Below, piece by piece: positions 24,019-31,233 of a stretch of 32,000 nt of DNA. The stretch spans positions 3,060,001-3,092,000 of the forward strand of contig NC_014972.1 in NCBI RefSeq assembly GCF_000186885.1. Direction: 5' to 3'. This DNA comes from Desulfobulbus propionicus DSM 2032 (lineage in GTDB: Bacteria > Desulfobacterota > Desulfobulbia > Desulfobulbales > Desulfobulbaceae). The notes under the pieces were generated by a model that worked only from the letters and a program-made list of their open reading frames with translations, was not told the DNA's origin and did not search any database. Both the position numbers and the translations under genes were made by a program. The stretch's first letter is position 1; each line of letters begins with the position of its first letter.

Positions 24019-25707
24019 TCAGAGAGCCAAACGGCGCGAGTAGAACGCGGAGCCGTTGGCGGTATGGGAAATCGCAATCAGGGTGACACCGGGAAGCTGG
24101 TCGCAGATCAGGCGCAGCATGCGTTCCTCGTCCTCGGGTTCCAGGGAATCGAAGGCCTCCTGAAGAAAGATCCACTGGGGCCGATTGAGCAGCAGGCGGA
24201 CCATGCCCAAGCGCTGCTGCTCGGCCGGGGCCAGGGTGTGGAGCCAGTTTTCTTCCCGGTCGAGCTGACCGATCAGATGCTCAAGCCCCACCAGCCGCAA
24301 CGCTTGCTCGATCTGTTCCTGGGTGAACACCCGCCGGGAGGAAGGGTAGCAGATGGCGTTGCGCAAGGTGCCGGTGGGCAGATGCGGCCGGGGCGGCATG
24401 AAAAAGAGGCGTCCCTGGCTGGGCAGTTCGATCATCCCCCCGCCCCAGGGCCGTATTCCGGCGATGGCCCGAAACAGTTTGGCCCCGGTGAAGGCGTTGC
24501 CGGTGAGCAGGACGTGTTCGCCCTGGTTGATCTCCATGGTGATCCCCTCGGCCTGGACCGATCCGTCGTATTTGACAATACTCAGATCGTGGAAGGCCAG
24601 CACCTGCCGGTCGGAGTTCTTTACCTGGATCAGATGCTCCGCTTTGGCCAGCTCCTCGTCGACGTTTTCCAGTGCCGTCAGCAGGCCCAGGATGCGTTCC
24701 ACCGAGGCACGCCACTCGGCGATGCCGCCGGCATTGTTGACCGGCCAGGAAAGGGCTGAGGTCATGTGCTGAAAGGCCTGGGCCGATTGCATCAGCGCGC
24801 CCAGGGAAATTTTCCCCAGGATGTAGCGGGGGGCGGAAATGAGGATTGGGAAGGCCATGGACAGCACCGAATAACCGGAACCGAACATGAGGATGTTGCG
24901 CCATGCGGTGGTTTGCGCGTCCCAGATCACCCGTATCCGGCGGAACAGCTCACGGAACTGGTGCCGCTCGCAGCTCTCGGCATGAATCAGGGCAATGGCC
25001 TGGCTGTTATCCTGAGCTTCCAGCAAACTGGCGCGGAAGTCCGCCTCGGCCGACTGCCGGGCATTGGTGGCGCCGGTCAGCGGCCGGCTCACCAGCCAGC
25101 CCAGCCAGGAGGCCACGGCCGAGTAGAGAATGGCGATCCACACCAGATGCCCGTGGATTGGAATCGCGGCGAACCCCAGATCGAGCGTCACCACTCCGGA
25201 GCGCGACCAGAGCACTTCGGTGAAGCCGATCAGCAGCAGGATGGAGTAGAGCAACGAATGGGCCAGGACCACCGCCGACTCGGTGGCCACCCGGCAATCC
25301 TCGGCGATGCGGCCGTCGGGGTTGTCGTGTTCGCCCGGCAGATGGGTGATCAGGTAGTGGCGGCCGGCCTGCATCCAGCGGGAGTAGACGTGTTCGGTCA
25401 TCCAGTCGCGCCAATATATCTGCAGGTTGCGTTTGACGACCAGATGCCAGCCAGTGAGCACCATGTCGCCGAGGAAAAGGAGCGCCAGCAGACCGGTCTG
25501 GGTCATGAGGCCGCTCATGGAATGCTGCTCCAGGGCGTTGAACAAGCCCGCACTCCACTGGGTGAGCAGCACCGCCATGACCATCTGCACCATGGTCAGC
25601 ACGGCCAGGAGGACGGCGGCTTTCCGGATCATCCGTTTTCGGTTCGAGAACCAGAACAGCTTGCTCAGCCGAAGAAATTCAACAAAAAAATGGCGGGATG
25701 GAGGCAT
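24019..25707 (-). CDS. SbmA/YddA-like ABC transporter (fused TMD-NBD) with degenerate NBD
   Basis: TMD motif ...IYWRDWMTEHVYSRWM...DNPDGRIAEDCR...; C-terminal NBD recognisable but Walker A, signature and Walker B altered. Confidence 0.82.
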   Translation of the reverse strand: MPPSRHFFVEFLRLSKLFWFSNRKRMIRKAAVLLAVLTMVQMVMAVLLTQWSAGLFNALEQHSMSGLMTQTGLLALLFLGDMVLTGWHLVVKRNLQIYWRDWMTEHVYSRWMQAGRHYLITHLPGEHDNPDGRIAEDCRVATESAVVLAHSLLYSILLLIGFTEVLWSRSGVVTLDLGFAAIPIHGHLVWIAILYSAVASWLGWLVSRPLTGATNARQSAEADFRASLLEAQDNSQAIALIHAESCERHQFRELFRRIRVIWDAQTTAWRNILMFGSGYSVLSMAFPILISAPRYILGKISLGALMQSAQAFQHMTSALSWPVNNAGGIAEWRASVERILGLLTALENVDEELAKAEHLIQVKNSDRQVLAFHDLSIVKYDGSVQAEGITMEINQGEHVLLTGNAFTGAKLFRAIAGIRPWGGGMIELPSQGRLFFMPPRPHLPTGTLRNAICYPSSRRVFTQEQIEQALRLVGLEHLIGQLDREENWLHTLAPAEQQRLGMVRLLLNRPQWIFLQEAFDSLEPEDEERMLRLICDQLPGVTLIAISHTANGSAFYSRRLAL

Positions 25708-25835
25708 CTTGAATCAGGGGGGTTAGGAATACAGGGCGCCAGCCGACGACGGGGTCGCTGGCCGGCGCGCCGGAGTTGACCGCAGGGGCGGCGTGGGCCG
25801 GGCAAGGCAGCGGCGGGACAGGAAGCATGACCCGG

Positions 25836-27149
25836 TCATCGTCCGTGGCGCTCCAGAGTGGGCAGCGCATCGAGAAAAGCCCGGATCGTCTCGCCGTCAA
25901 AGCCGTTGTCCCGGATCACCTGCCGATAGAACAGGGCGCTGGGTTTTGGAGTGCGCTCGAAGGTCTGGAAATCCACCGCCACCAAGCCAAAACGGGGGAC
26001 AAAGGAGGTCCATTCGTAATTATCCATCAGCGACCAGTAAAAATAACCGCGCGCGTCCACCCCGCGCTCCATCGCCTCGTGGAGCGCGGAAAGGTGCAAC
26101 GCCAGGTAGACGATGCGGAAGCGGTCATCGTCACACGCGCAGCCGTTTTCGGTGATGTAGACCGGATAGTCGCGCAACCGCTCCAGGTTGGCGATCAACC
26201 CCTCGGGATACATCTCCTCCAGATAAAACCGCATGGGGATCATCTTCAGTTCCTTGTGACGGAACCGGCGGCCATCCAAACCGGCTTGGCGGGCGTCGAC
26301 CATGTGGCGGGTGTAATAGTTGACGCACCAGCAATCGAGCGCGCCCTTGACCTCGGGGGCATACTCGGCATCCACGCCCGGATGGACCAGTTCCCCGGTA
26401 CGCAGGGCATGGAAGAAGAACTCGTTGGTGACGAAGTCGGCAAGCCCGGTCATCCGCCGGTCCAAATCGTCATGAAAACGGCGCGGAAACCAGTGAATAA
26501 AGGCGTGGGCGCTGCTCACCGGGGCGGTGGAGTGGGTCTTGATCAACCGGTAGCCCAGGGCATGGACCCGCAGCATGTTGAACTTCAGCGCCGCCACCTC
26601 CGGTCCGGCGGTGAGCCCGCCCCATTGGTTGAACTCGTTGATCACGTTCCAGCCGCTGACATAAGCGCTGATGCGCGGCAGGAGAAAGGCGAGATAGCGC
26701 TCGAAGAAGCGGCGGTTGTCGGCTTTGGCAAAGCCCCCCAGCCGGTCGAACCACAGCGGATGGGTGAAATGGTGCAGGGTGACGAACACCTGGATGTCCC
26801 GGTCGACCAGGCGCTCCAGCAGATCGCGGTAATGAGCCAGGGCCTCATGGTCCCATCGTCCTTCCTCGGGCTCGATCCGGCTCCACTCGATGGACATGCG
26901 GTAGGCCCGGTGACCCAGGGCAGCGATCAATTCCACATCCTGGCGGTAGAGCCGGTAGTGGTCGCAGGCCTTGCCCGACGGGGCGCGGACCGCGCGGTTC
27001 GGGTCTTCCTGATAGAATTCCGGCAGCTGCTCCTTGTACCACGCCTGGGAATGGATGTTGTCGCCCTCGATCTGATGCCCAGCGGTGGCGCTGCCCCACA
27101 CAAAGTGGTCAGGGAAGTGGATGGGCGGCAGGCTGAAGACGTCGTACAT
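25836..27149 (-). CDS. Glycoside hydrolase family 1 (beta-glucosidase-like)
   Basis: FVWGSATAGHQIEGD; YRMSIEWSRIEP; NVINEFNQW; PVYITENG; YWSLMDNYEW. Confidence 0.9.
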   Translation of the reverse strand: MYDVFSLPPIHFPDHFVWGSATAGHQIEGDNIHSQAWYKEQLPEFYQEDPNRAVRAPSGKACDHYRLYRQDVELIAALGHRAYRMSIEWSRIEPEEGRWDHEALAHYRDLLERLVDRDIQVFVTLHHFTHPLWFDRLGGFAKADNRRFFERYLAFLLPRISAYVSGWNVINEFNQWGGLTAGPEVAALKFNMLRVHALGYRLIKTHSTAPVSSAHAFIHWFPRRFHDDLDRRMTGLADFVTNEFFFHALRTGELVHPGVDAEYAPEVKGALDCWCVNYYTRHMVDARQAGLDGRRFRHKELKMIPMRFYLEEMYPEGLIANLERLRDYPVYITENGCACDDDRFRIVYLALHLSALHEAMERGVDARGYFYWSLMDNYEWTSFVPRFGLVAVDFQTFERTPKPSALFYRQVIRDNGFDGETIRAFLDALPTLERHGR

Positions 27150-27514
27150 GACAAATACCCCTGGAGCATCTCGACACGCCGCAGCCGCTGGCGGCTATGC
27201 GGCGGAAAGAAATCGCTTTTCCGGCGGGCCGGCGGCCCCGGTCAACCTCACAGGGTCAGTTCCTATAAGAAACCAGGAGCACAGTCAACACCTTCTTGTG
27301 CTGGCCGGGAAAAAGGGAGCCGGCCCGCCCTTCTTCCATGCCGCCTCAGCCAGCGTGTGCCTTGGATGCTGCTGGTCCGCGCCAGCAAAGCCACCAGTTC
27401 GAGGAGGACCGCAGCGATGGGCAGAAACCTCATTTTCCTATTATCCCGATGTTTCTACGGATTCCAATAGACCAAAACTGCTTACATAGTGCGTACACGA
27501 ACCCACAAAACAAA

Positions 27515-27544
27515 AAACCCTGCTTTCTTTCGAAAGCAGGGTTT
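27515..27544. terminator. Strong bidirectional-type hairpin terminator
   Basis: Perfect 13-bp stem AAACCCTGCTTTC / GAAAGCAGGGTTT with 4-nt loop; U-rich tract is best on the minus strand (TTTTTTGTTTT). Confidence 0.8.
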
Positions 27545-27667
27545 CTATATATTGCCTGTAATGTACAGGACTTAGAAATGGTGGCGATGCAGGGAGTGGA
27601 GCTTTTCGACCCCTAAAAAGCCTATATTGCTGGAATCATTCCATTAAACAAAAGGGTTCAATTTCCC

Positions 27668-27700
27668 GTGTACCAATTTTGTGTACCTGAACCGTGTACC
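27668..27700 (+). repeat. Three direct repeats GTGTACC at 13-bp spacing
   Basis: GTGTACC at 27668-27674, 27681-27687, 27694-27700. Confidence 0.8.
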
Positions 27701-27813
27701 AGACCGAAAAAACAATGAATTATCAGTTAATTAACTTATTAACCGATTAAAAGCAAGGAAAATATCAATCAATCAACCTGTTGATTAACTACTTGATTTA
27801 CCGTTATTATCTC

Positions 27814-27842
27814 TTGACAGTGACCATGGGTGCCGGTAGGAT
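27814..27842 (+). promoter_or_regulatory. Sigma70-type promoter
   Basis: TTGACA (27814-27819), 17-nt spacer, TAGGAT (27837-27842). Confidence 0.65.
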
Positions 27843-27879
27843 GCTGGGAAATTTCAACCCCTACAAGGAGCGCACCAAA

Positions 27880-28032
27880 TGATCGAGATCAAGACCGCCG
27901 CAGTTGACGATTACGCCAACCAGCCCAGCACAGAAGAGCTTGTCCCAGGTGTCTACCGGGACCGTCAGACCGGTGCCGTCTATGTCAGCGATGGAAAGCA
28001 AACAATCCGCCTGGAGGTCACCGCTGAGTAAA
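27880..28032 (+). CDS. Small hypothetical protein (50 aa)
   Basis: AAGGAG SD 9 nt upstream; MIEIKTAAVDDYANQPSTEELVPGVYRDRQTGAVYVSDGKQTIRLEVTAE*; own promoter and terminator. Confidence 0.7.
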
Positions 28033-28060
28033 CCCGCCCCACCTTCCAGCCCCCAGGACC

Positions 28061-28090
28061 AAGGCCACCAGCAAAGGTGGCCTTTTTCAT
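28061..28090 (+). terminator. Rho-independent terminator after the 50-aa ORF
   Basis: AAGGCCACC (28061-28069) / GGTGGCCTT (28076-28084) followed by T-rich tract. Confidence 0.85.
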
Positions 28091-28172
28091 TTTTTTTTGG
28101 GCCAAATGGCACGGTTTTCCTATAGGTGAAGACTTTTTTTATTTTATCGAACAAAACAGAGGAAAATCGAAC

Positions 28173-29027
28173 ATGCTTACACTTCAGGGCCTTTCAATTC
28201 GCGAACGTCTTGTCAATTTGACAATGGAGTTTGAACTCCCATTGTCTACAATCACTCAAGAGCTTGAATGGCTTGACAAAGAAGAGACCGCACTTATCCA
28301 GCTTTCAGCGAAGTGCAAGGCGATTAACAGCGATGAAGACAAGAGCTTTACCGGTCGCAAAAAAGCCGTTGATGCAGCGATCCAGGAACAAATCAAACGC
28401 CTTGCCGGTCACGAAAGCAAGATTGCCGCTTTCGACAGATTTATCAAAGACGTTGACGCCGAAATCGTAAACATTTTGAGCCGTGCCAAAGGAAGGACCA
28501 TCGTTCGTGATTTGACAGAAACGATGCTTTACGAGCTGAGACTACAGGAAATCCGCCGTTTGCTGATCGAAAAACAAAAAGATGCCCGCGAAGAGCTTGA
28601 TGCCCGTATCGCCAGGGCAAAGAAATTTGAACTACCGCTTTCTGATGAAGAGCGCACCTTACAGAATGTAGCGCTCAGTCACGCCCTTGCAGCAGCGCAG
28701 AGCTACAATGCAGACACCGACCGGGCAAAGCTGATGCTCGTTGCAGTCGAGGACAGCCCCGTTGCAATGATCACCGCCGACGAACAGGCCCAGGTCGATC
28801 AAACCCTTGCCGGGCAGGTAGCCCAGCCCCGGCTTGAGGCCCAGAAAGCCGCCAGACTGAGAAAGGCAGCAACCGAGCTGATTTTGAGCCAGCTGGAGAA
28901 ACTGAGCCGCCAACCTGAGCTTGTTGTTGAGGCCCGCCAGCAGGATCAGCCGCCTCTGTCCGATCAGCAGCGCGCTTTACTGGCAGCAGGTGTTCCCTTG
29001 GAACCCGTCAAGCCGCTTGAGGTCTGA
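28173..29027 (+). CDS. Hypothetical charged, probably coiled-coil protein (284 aa)
   Basis: Start MLTLQGLSIRERLV with GAGG upstream; long alternating charged/alanine-rich stretches; tracked start at 28077 is over-extended. Confidence 0.75.
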   Translation: MLTLQGLSIRERLVNLTMEFELPLSTITQELEWLDKEETALIQLSAKCKAINSDEDKSFTGRKKAVDAAIQEQIKRLAGHESKIAAFDRFIKDVDAEIVNILSRAKGRTIVRDLTETMLYELRLQEIRRLLIEKQKDAREELDARIARAKKFELPLSDEERTLQNVALSHALAAAQSYNADTDRAKLMLVAVEDSPVAMITADEQAQVDQTLAGQVAQPRLEAQKAARLRKAATELILSQLEKLSRQPELVVEARQQDQPPLSDQQRALLAAGVPLEPVKPLEV

Positions 29028-29029
29028 CC

Positions 29030-29233
29030 ATGCAACCCGGCAAACGTGGGCGACAACTCAAGACGCCCAATGACGTAGGCAGAGCGACACGGGAGATTAT
29101 AAACAAACTTGATACGGGTGTTATGTCACCTGACAAAGCCCAGGCCATTCTTGCAGGTTTGGCGCTGGCCTTCAGTGTAATGCAACGCGATTCCGGAGCC
29201 ACTCCCGCAGGTAATCGGCAGCAAACAGCCTGA
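29030..29233 (+). CDS. Small hypothetical protein (67 aa)
   Basis: MQPGKRGRQLKTPNDVGRATREIINKLDTGVMSPDKAQAILAGLALAFSVMQRD...; starts 3 nt after the upstream stop. Confidence 0.65.
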   Translation: MQPGKRGRQLKTPNDVGRATREIINKLDTGVMSPDKAQAILAGLALAFSVMQRDSGATPAGNRQQTA

Positions 29234-29299
29234 GTAATCGCTTTCGAGTGCTGGGGTGGTAGCCGATCCCTCCCAGCCTTTTTTTAGGAGAACCAAAAA

Positions 29300-29827
29300 A
29301 TGGAAAAGAGAAAAGGCCGTACCAGCCGCCTTACCCGTGAGCTAATCAACGAGCTTGCCCACAACGTGGCACAAGGCTTTTCGTATAAGGTATCTGCTGC
29401 CCTGGCAGGGGTTGCCGAGAGCACTTTTTATTACTGGCTGGCCAAAGGGAAGGAATCGAAAAGCGGTATCTTCCTGGATTTTTTAGAGGAAATTAAGGTA
29501 GCGGAGCAAAAGGCCAAAGTGACCACCTTGGAGGCAATCAAAGAAATTGCCTATGGTGGCCGGATCATCAAGAAAATTCAGGAGCGCAGGGACGAAGAAG
29601 GACGGCTTATCGGAACTATTGAAACCACAGAGCAGCTTGCCCCCAGCCTGGCCGCCTGTTGCTGGATGCTTGAGCGAAGATGGCCCGAAGAGTTCGCCCC
29701 ACGGTCAGCTCTGGAAATCTCCAACGGCAAGAATCCTTTTCAGTTTGCCGGAACCCTGTTCCAGCAGGCTGTTTTACCCGGATCAGCCGACCATGGCCCG
29801 GTAGACACCGACGACAGCGACGAATAG
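29300..29827 (+). CDS. HTH protein resembling phage terminase-small-subunit/phBC6A51-type DNA-binding proteins
   Basis: LTRELINELAHNVAQGFSYKVSAALAGVAESTFYYWLAKGKE helix-turn-helix; SD-like AGGAG upstream; no large terminase visible. Confidence 0.7.
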   Translation: MEKRKGRTSRLTRELINELAHNVAQGFSYKVSAALAGVAESTFYYWLAKGKESKSGIFLDFLEEIKVAEQKAKVTTLEAIKEIAYGGRIIKKIQERRDEEGRLIGTIETTEQLAPSLAACCWMLERRWPEEFAPRSALEISNGKNPFQFAGTLFQQAVLPGSADHGPVDTDDSDE

Positions 29828-30001
29828 GCATAGCCCCGGCAGTGCATATAGCCATTGCATACAACCGCGAAGTCAACCCCTTCCCAGGACAGCGGAGCAT
29901 TGCCGAGGGGGTAGGGTCAGAGGGGGTGCCCTGCCAATACCTTCAAGAAGGCCCACAGCAGGCCCTACAATCGACTTTTGGAGCTTGGCCTATAGGATGC
30001 C

Positions 30002-30030
30002 TTGCGTAGAAGGTAAAAAGGCCCTATATT
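30002..30030 (+). promoter_or_regulatory. Putative rep leader mRNA promoter
   Basis: TTGCGT (30002-30007), 17-nt spacer, TATATT (30025-30030). Confidence 0.45.
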
Positions 30031-30049
30031 GAGCCCTGGACCCATAAAA

Positions 30050-30107
30050 CAAAAAAGCCCCATGCTCGATGATTGGCGTCGGAGAGCACAGGGCAAAAAT
30101 GGAAGAC
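30050..30107 (-). ncRNA. Predicted antisense (countertranscribed) RNA to the rep leader
   Basis: Minus promoter TTGACA (30137-30142) - 17 nt - TATTGT (30114-30119); ends in 11-bp stem GCCCUGUGCUC/GAGCAUGGGGC (30057-30094) followed by UUUUUUGUUUU. Confidence 0.7.
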
Positions 30108-30109
30108 AC

Positions 30110-30226
30110 ATGAACAATACTGCCTGCTTCAAAGATTGTCAAGCCCGCCTTAACTTTCCCACCCACCTGCCCACAGTTCCTTGTCTGTTGTACTCTATGA
30201 CAATAGAGTACCCTATAGCTAAATAA
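30110..30226 (+). CDS. Putative regulatory leader peptide upstream of rep (38 aa)
   Basis: MNNTACFKDCQARLNFPTHLPTVPCLLYSMTIEYPIAK*; GGAAG just upstream; stop lies 13 nt before the rep ATG. Confidence 0.5.
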   Translation: MNNTACFKDCQARLNFPTHLPTVPCLLYSMTIEYPIAK

Positions 30227-30239
30227 TTCAATCGTCACG

Positions 30240-31037
30240 ATGAAACGGTTATTTAGCAAACTCTCCAGCCCCCAGAGGAAGGCTCTTTATTGCCTGACCG
30301 AAAATGTTGAACGTTTCGTTGGGCAGTACGGGAGGGACCGCGTAGCGGTCATGACCCTTACTTTCCCAGATCACTTAACAGACCCCAGAGAAGCATCGAA
30401 GCGGTTGAACTCTTTCATGAGTAATTTCCTTCGTGAAAGGATTGGCTCTTTTATCACGGTCAGGGAATTGCATGAAAGTGGTTCATGGCATTACCACCTT
30501 CTTGTTGCTTTCCAGGCCCCTATTTGCCTTGGTTTTCGATGGAAATACGCCAAGGACCACAAGGCTATCCCGGTATTCAAAACCGCAACCAAGGCCCTGA
30601 AAACGCTCTGGAGAGACATTCGTGAGGCCGCCCCAAAGTACGGTTTTGGTCGTTCAGAAATCCTTCCAGTCCGAACTGGCAAGGGTCTTGCAAAGTATTT
30701 CAGCAAGGTCATTCTCCAAAGAGCCCTGGACCCTGAACGATTCAAGGGTGTCCGCCTGGTCAGCTACTCCAGGAATTTCCTACGGTCTGTTGCCCGCTTC
30801 GCGTGGAATAACCCGTATACCCGAGATTTCCGCCGTAAAGTGAAACGGTTTGCTACCGAATTGCTTGGTATCACTGAGAAATTGACAGATGAGCCGCCGG
30901 ATGTTGATTGGCTGAGTTACCTATTCCCAGCCTGGTTCTGGCGATACGGAAAAGTCATCGACGGCATTGACCGTATCCTTGCCCAGCCGGACCTTGCCAA
31001 TATGTACCGGCACACCATCCAGCCCGCAGAGTTCTAA
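30240..31037 (+). CDS. HUH-superfamily rolling-circle replication initiator (Rep)
   Basis: Motif I VAVMTLTFPDH, motif II GSWHYHLLVAF (HUH), motif III GKGLAKYFSKVI (catalytic Tyr). No obvious SD before the ATG. Confidence 0.82.
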   Translation: MKRLFSKLSSPQRKALYCLTENVERFVGQYGRDRVAVMTLTFPDHLTDPREASKRLNSFMSNFLRERIGSFITVRELHESGSWHYHLLVAFQAPICLGFRWKYAKDHKAIPVFKTATKALKTLWRDIREAAPKYGFGRSEILPVRTGKGLAKYFSKVILQRALDPERFKGVRLVSYSRNFLRSVARFAWNNPYTRDFRRKVKRFATELLGITEKLTDEPPDVDWLSYLFPAWFWRYGKVIDGIDRILAQPDLANMYRHTIQPAEF

Positions 31038-31172
31038 TCCTTTCAGGAAGCCCCCTATCCGCCCCGTAGAGCAAGATTTAACCCTTGGCCTATACCTAAT
31101 ACCCATTGACCTTGTTTTTTGATTGTAGGCCGTTTCTGTGGAGCTTCATTGATGGTTGACAGGTGTTCTCCA

Positions 31173-31220
31173 GGTGTGTTACATAATATCAAACGTTCGT
31201 ATGAAGGTTTGTAACATACC
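31173..31220. repeat. Inverted repeat upstream of the recombinase (candidate att/res or operator)
   Basis: GGTGTGTTACA (31173-31183) / TGTAACATACC (31210-31220), 10 of 11 positions complementary, 26-nt centre. Confidence 0.65.
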
Positions 31221-31233
31221 AGGGAGGAACGCA

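Noticed and set aside
27296-27616. + strand ORF ending ...MVAMQGVELFDP
   Set aside because: Spans the strong terminator hairpin and low-complexity intergenic DNA; resembles spurious ORFs over tRNA-end-like sequence.
27540-27700. Possible tRNA/tmRNA gene on the minus strand
   Set aside because: Only a CCA-ending 3'-like segment; no matching acceptor 5' half, T-loop or anticodon arm found.
27826-27882. 18-codon ORF MGAGRMLGNFNPYKERTK overlapping the 50-aa ORF start (ATGA)
   Set aside because: Its ATG lies inside the -35/-10 spacer of the TTGACA-N17-TAGGAT promoter, so it would not be on the transcript from that promoter.
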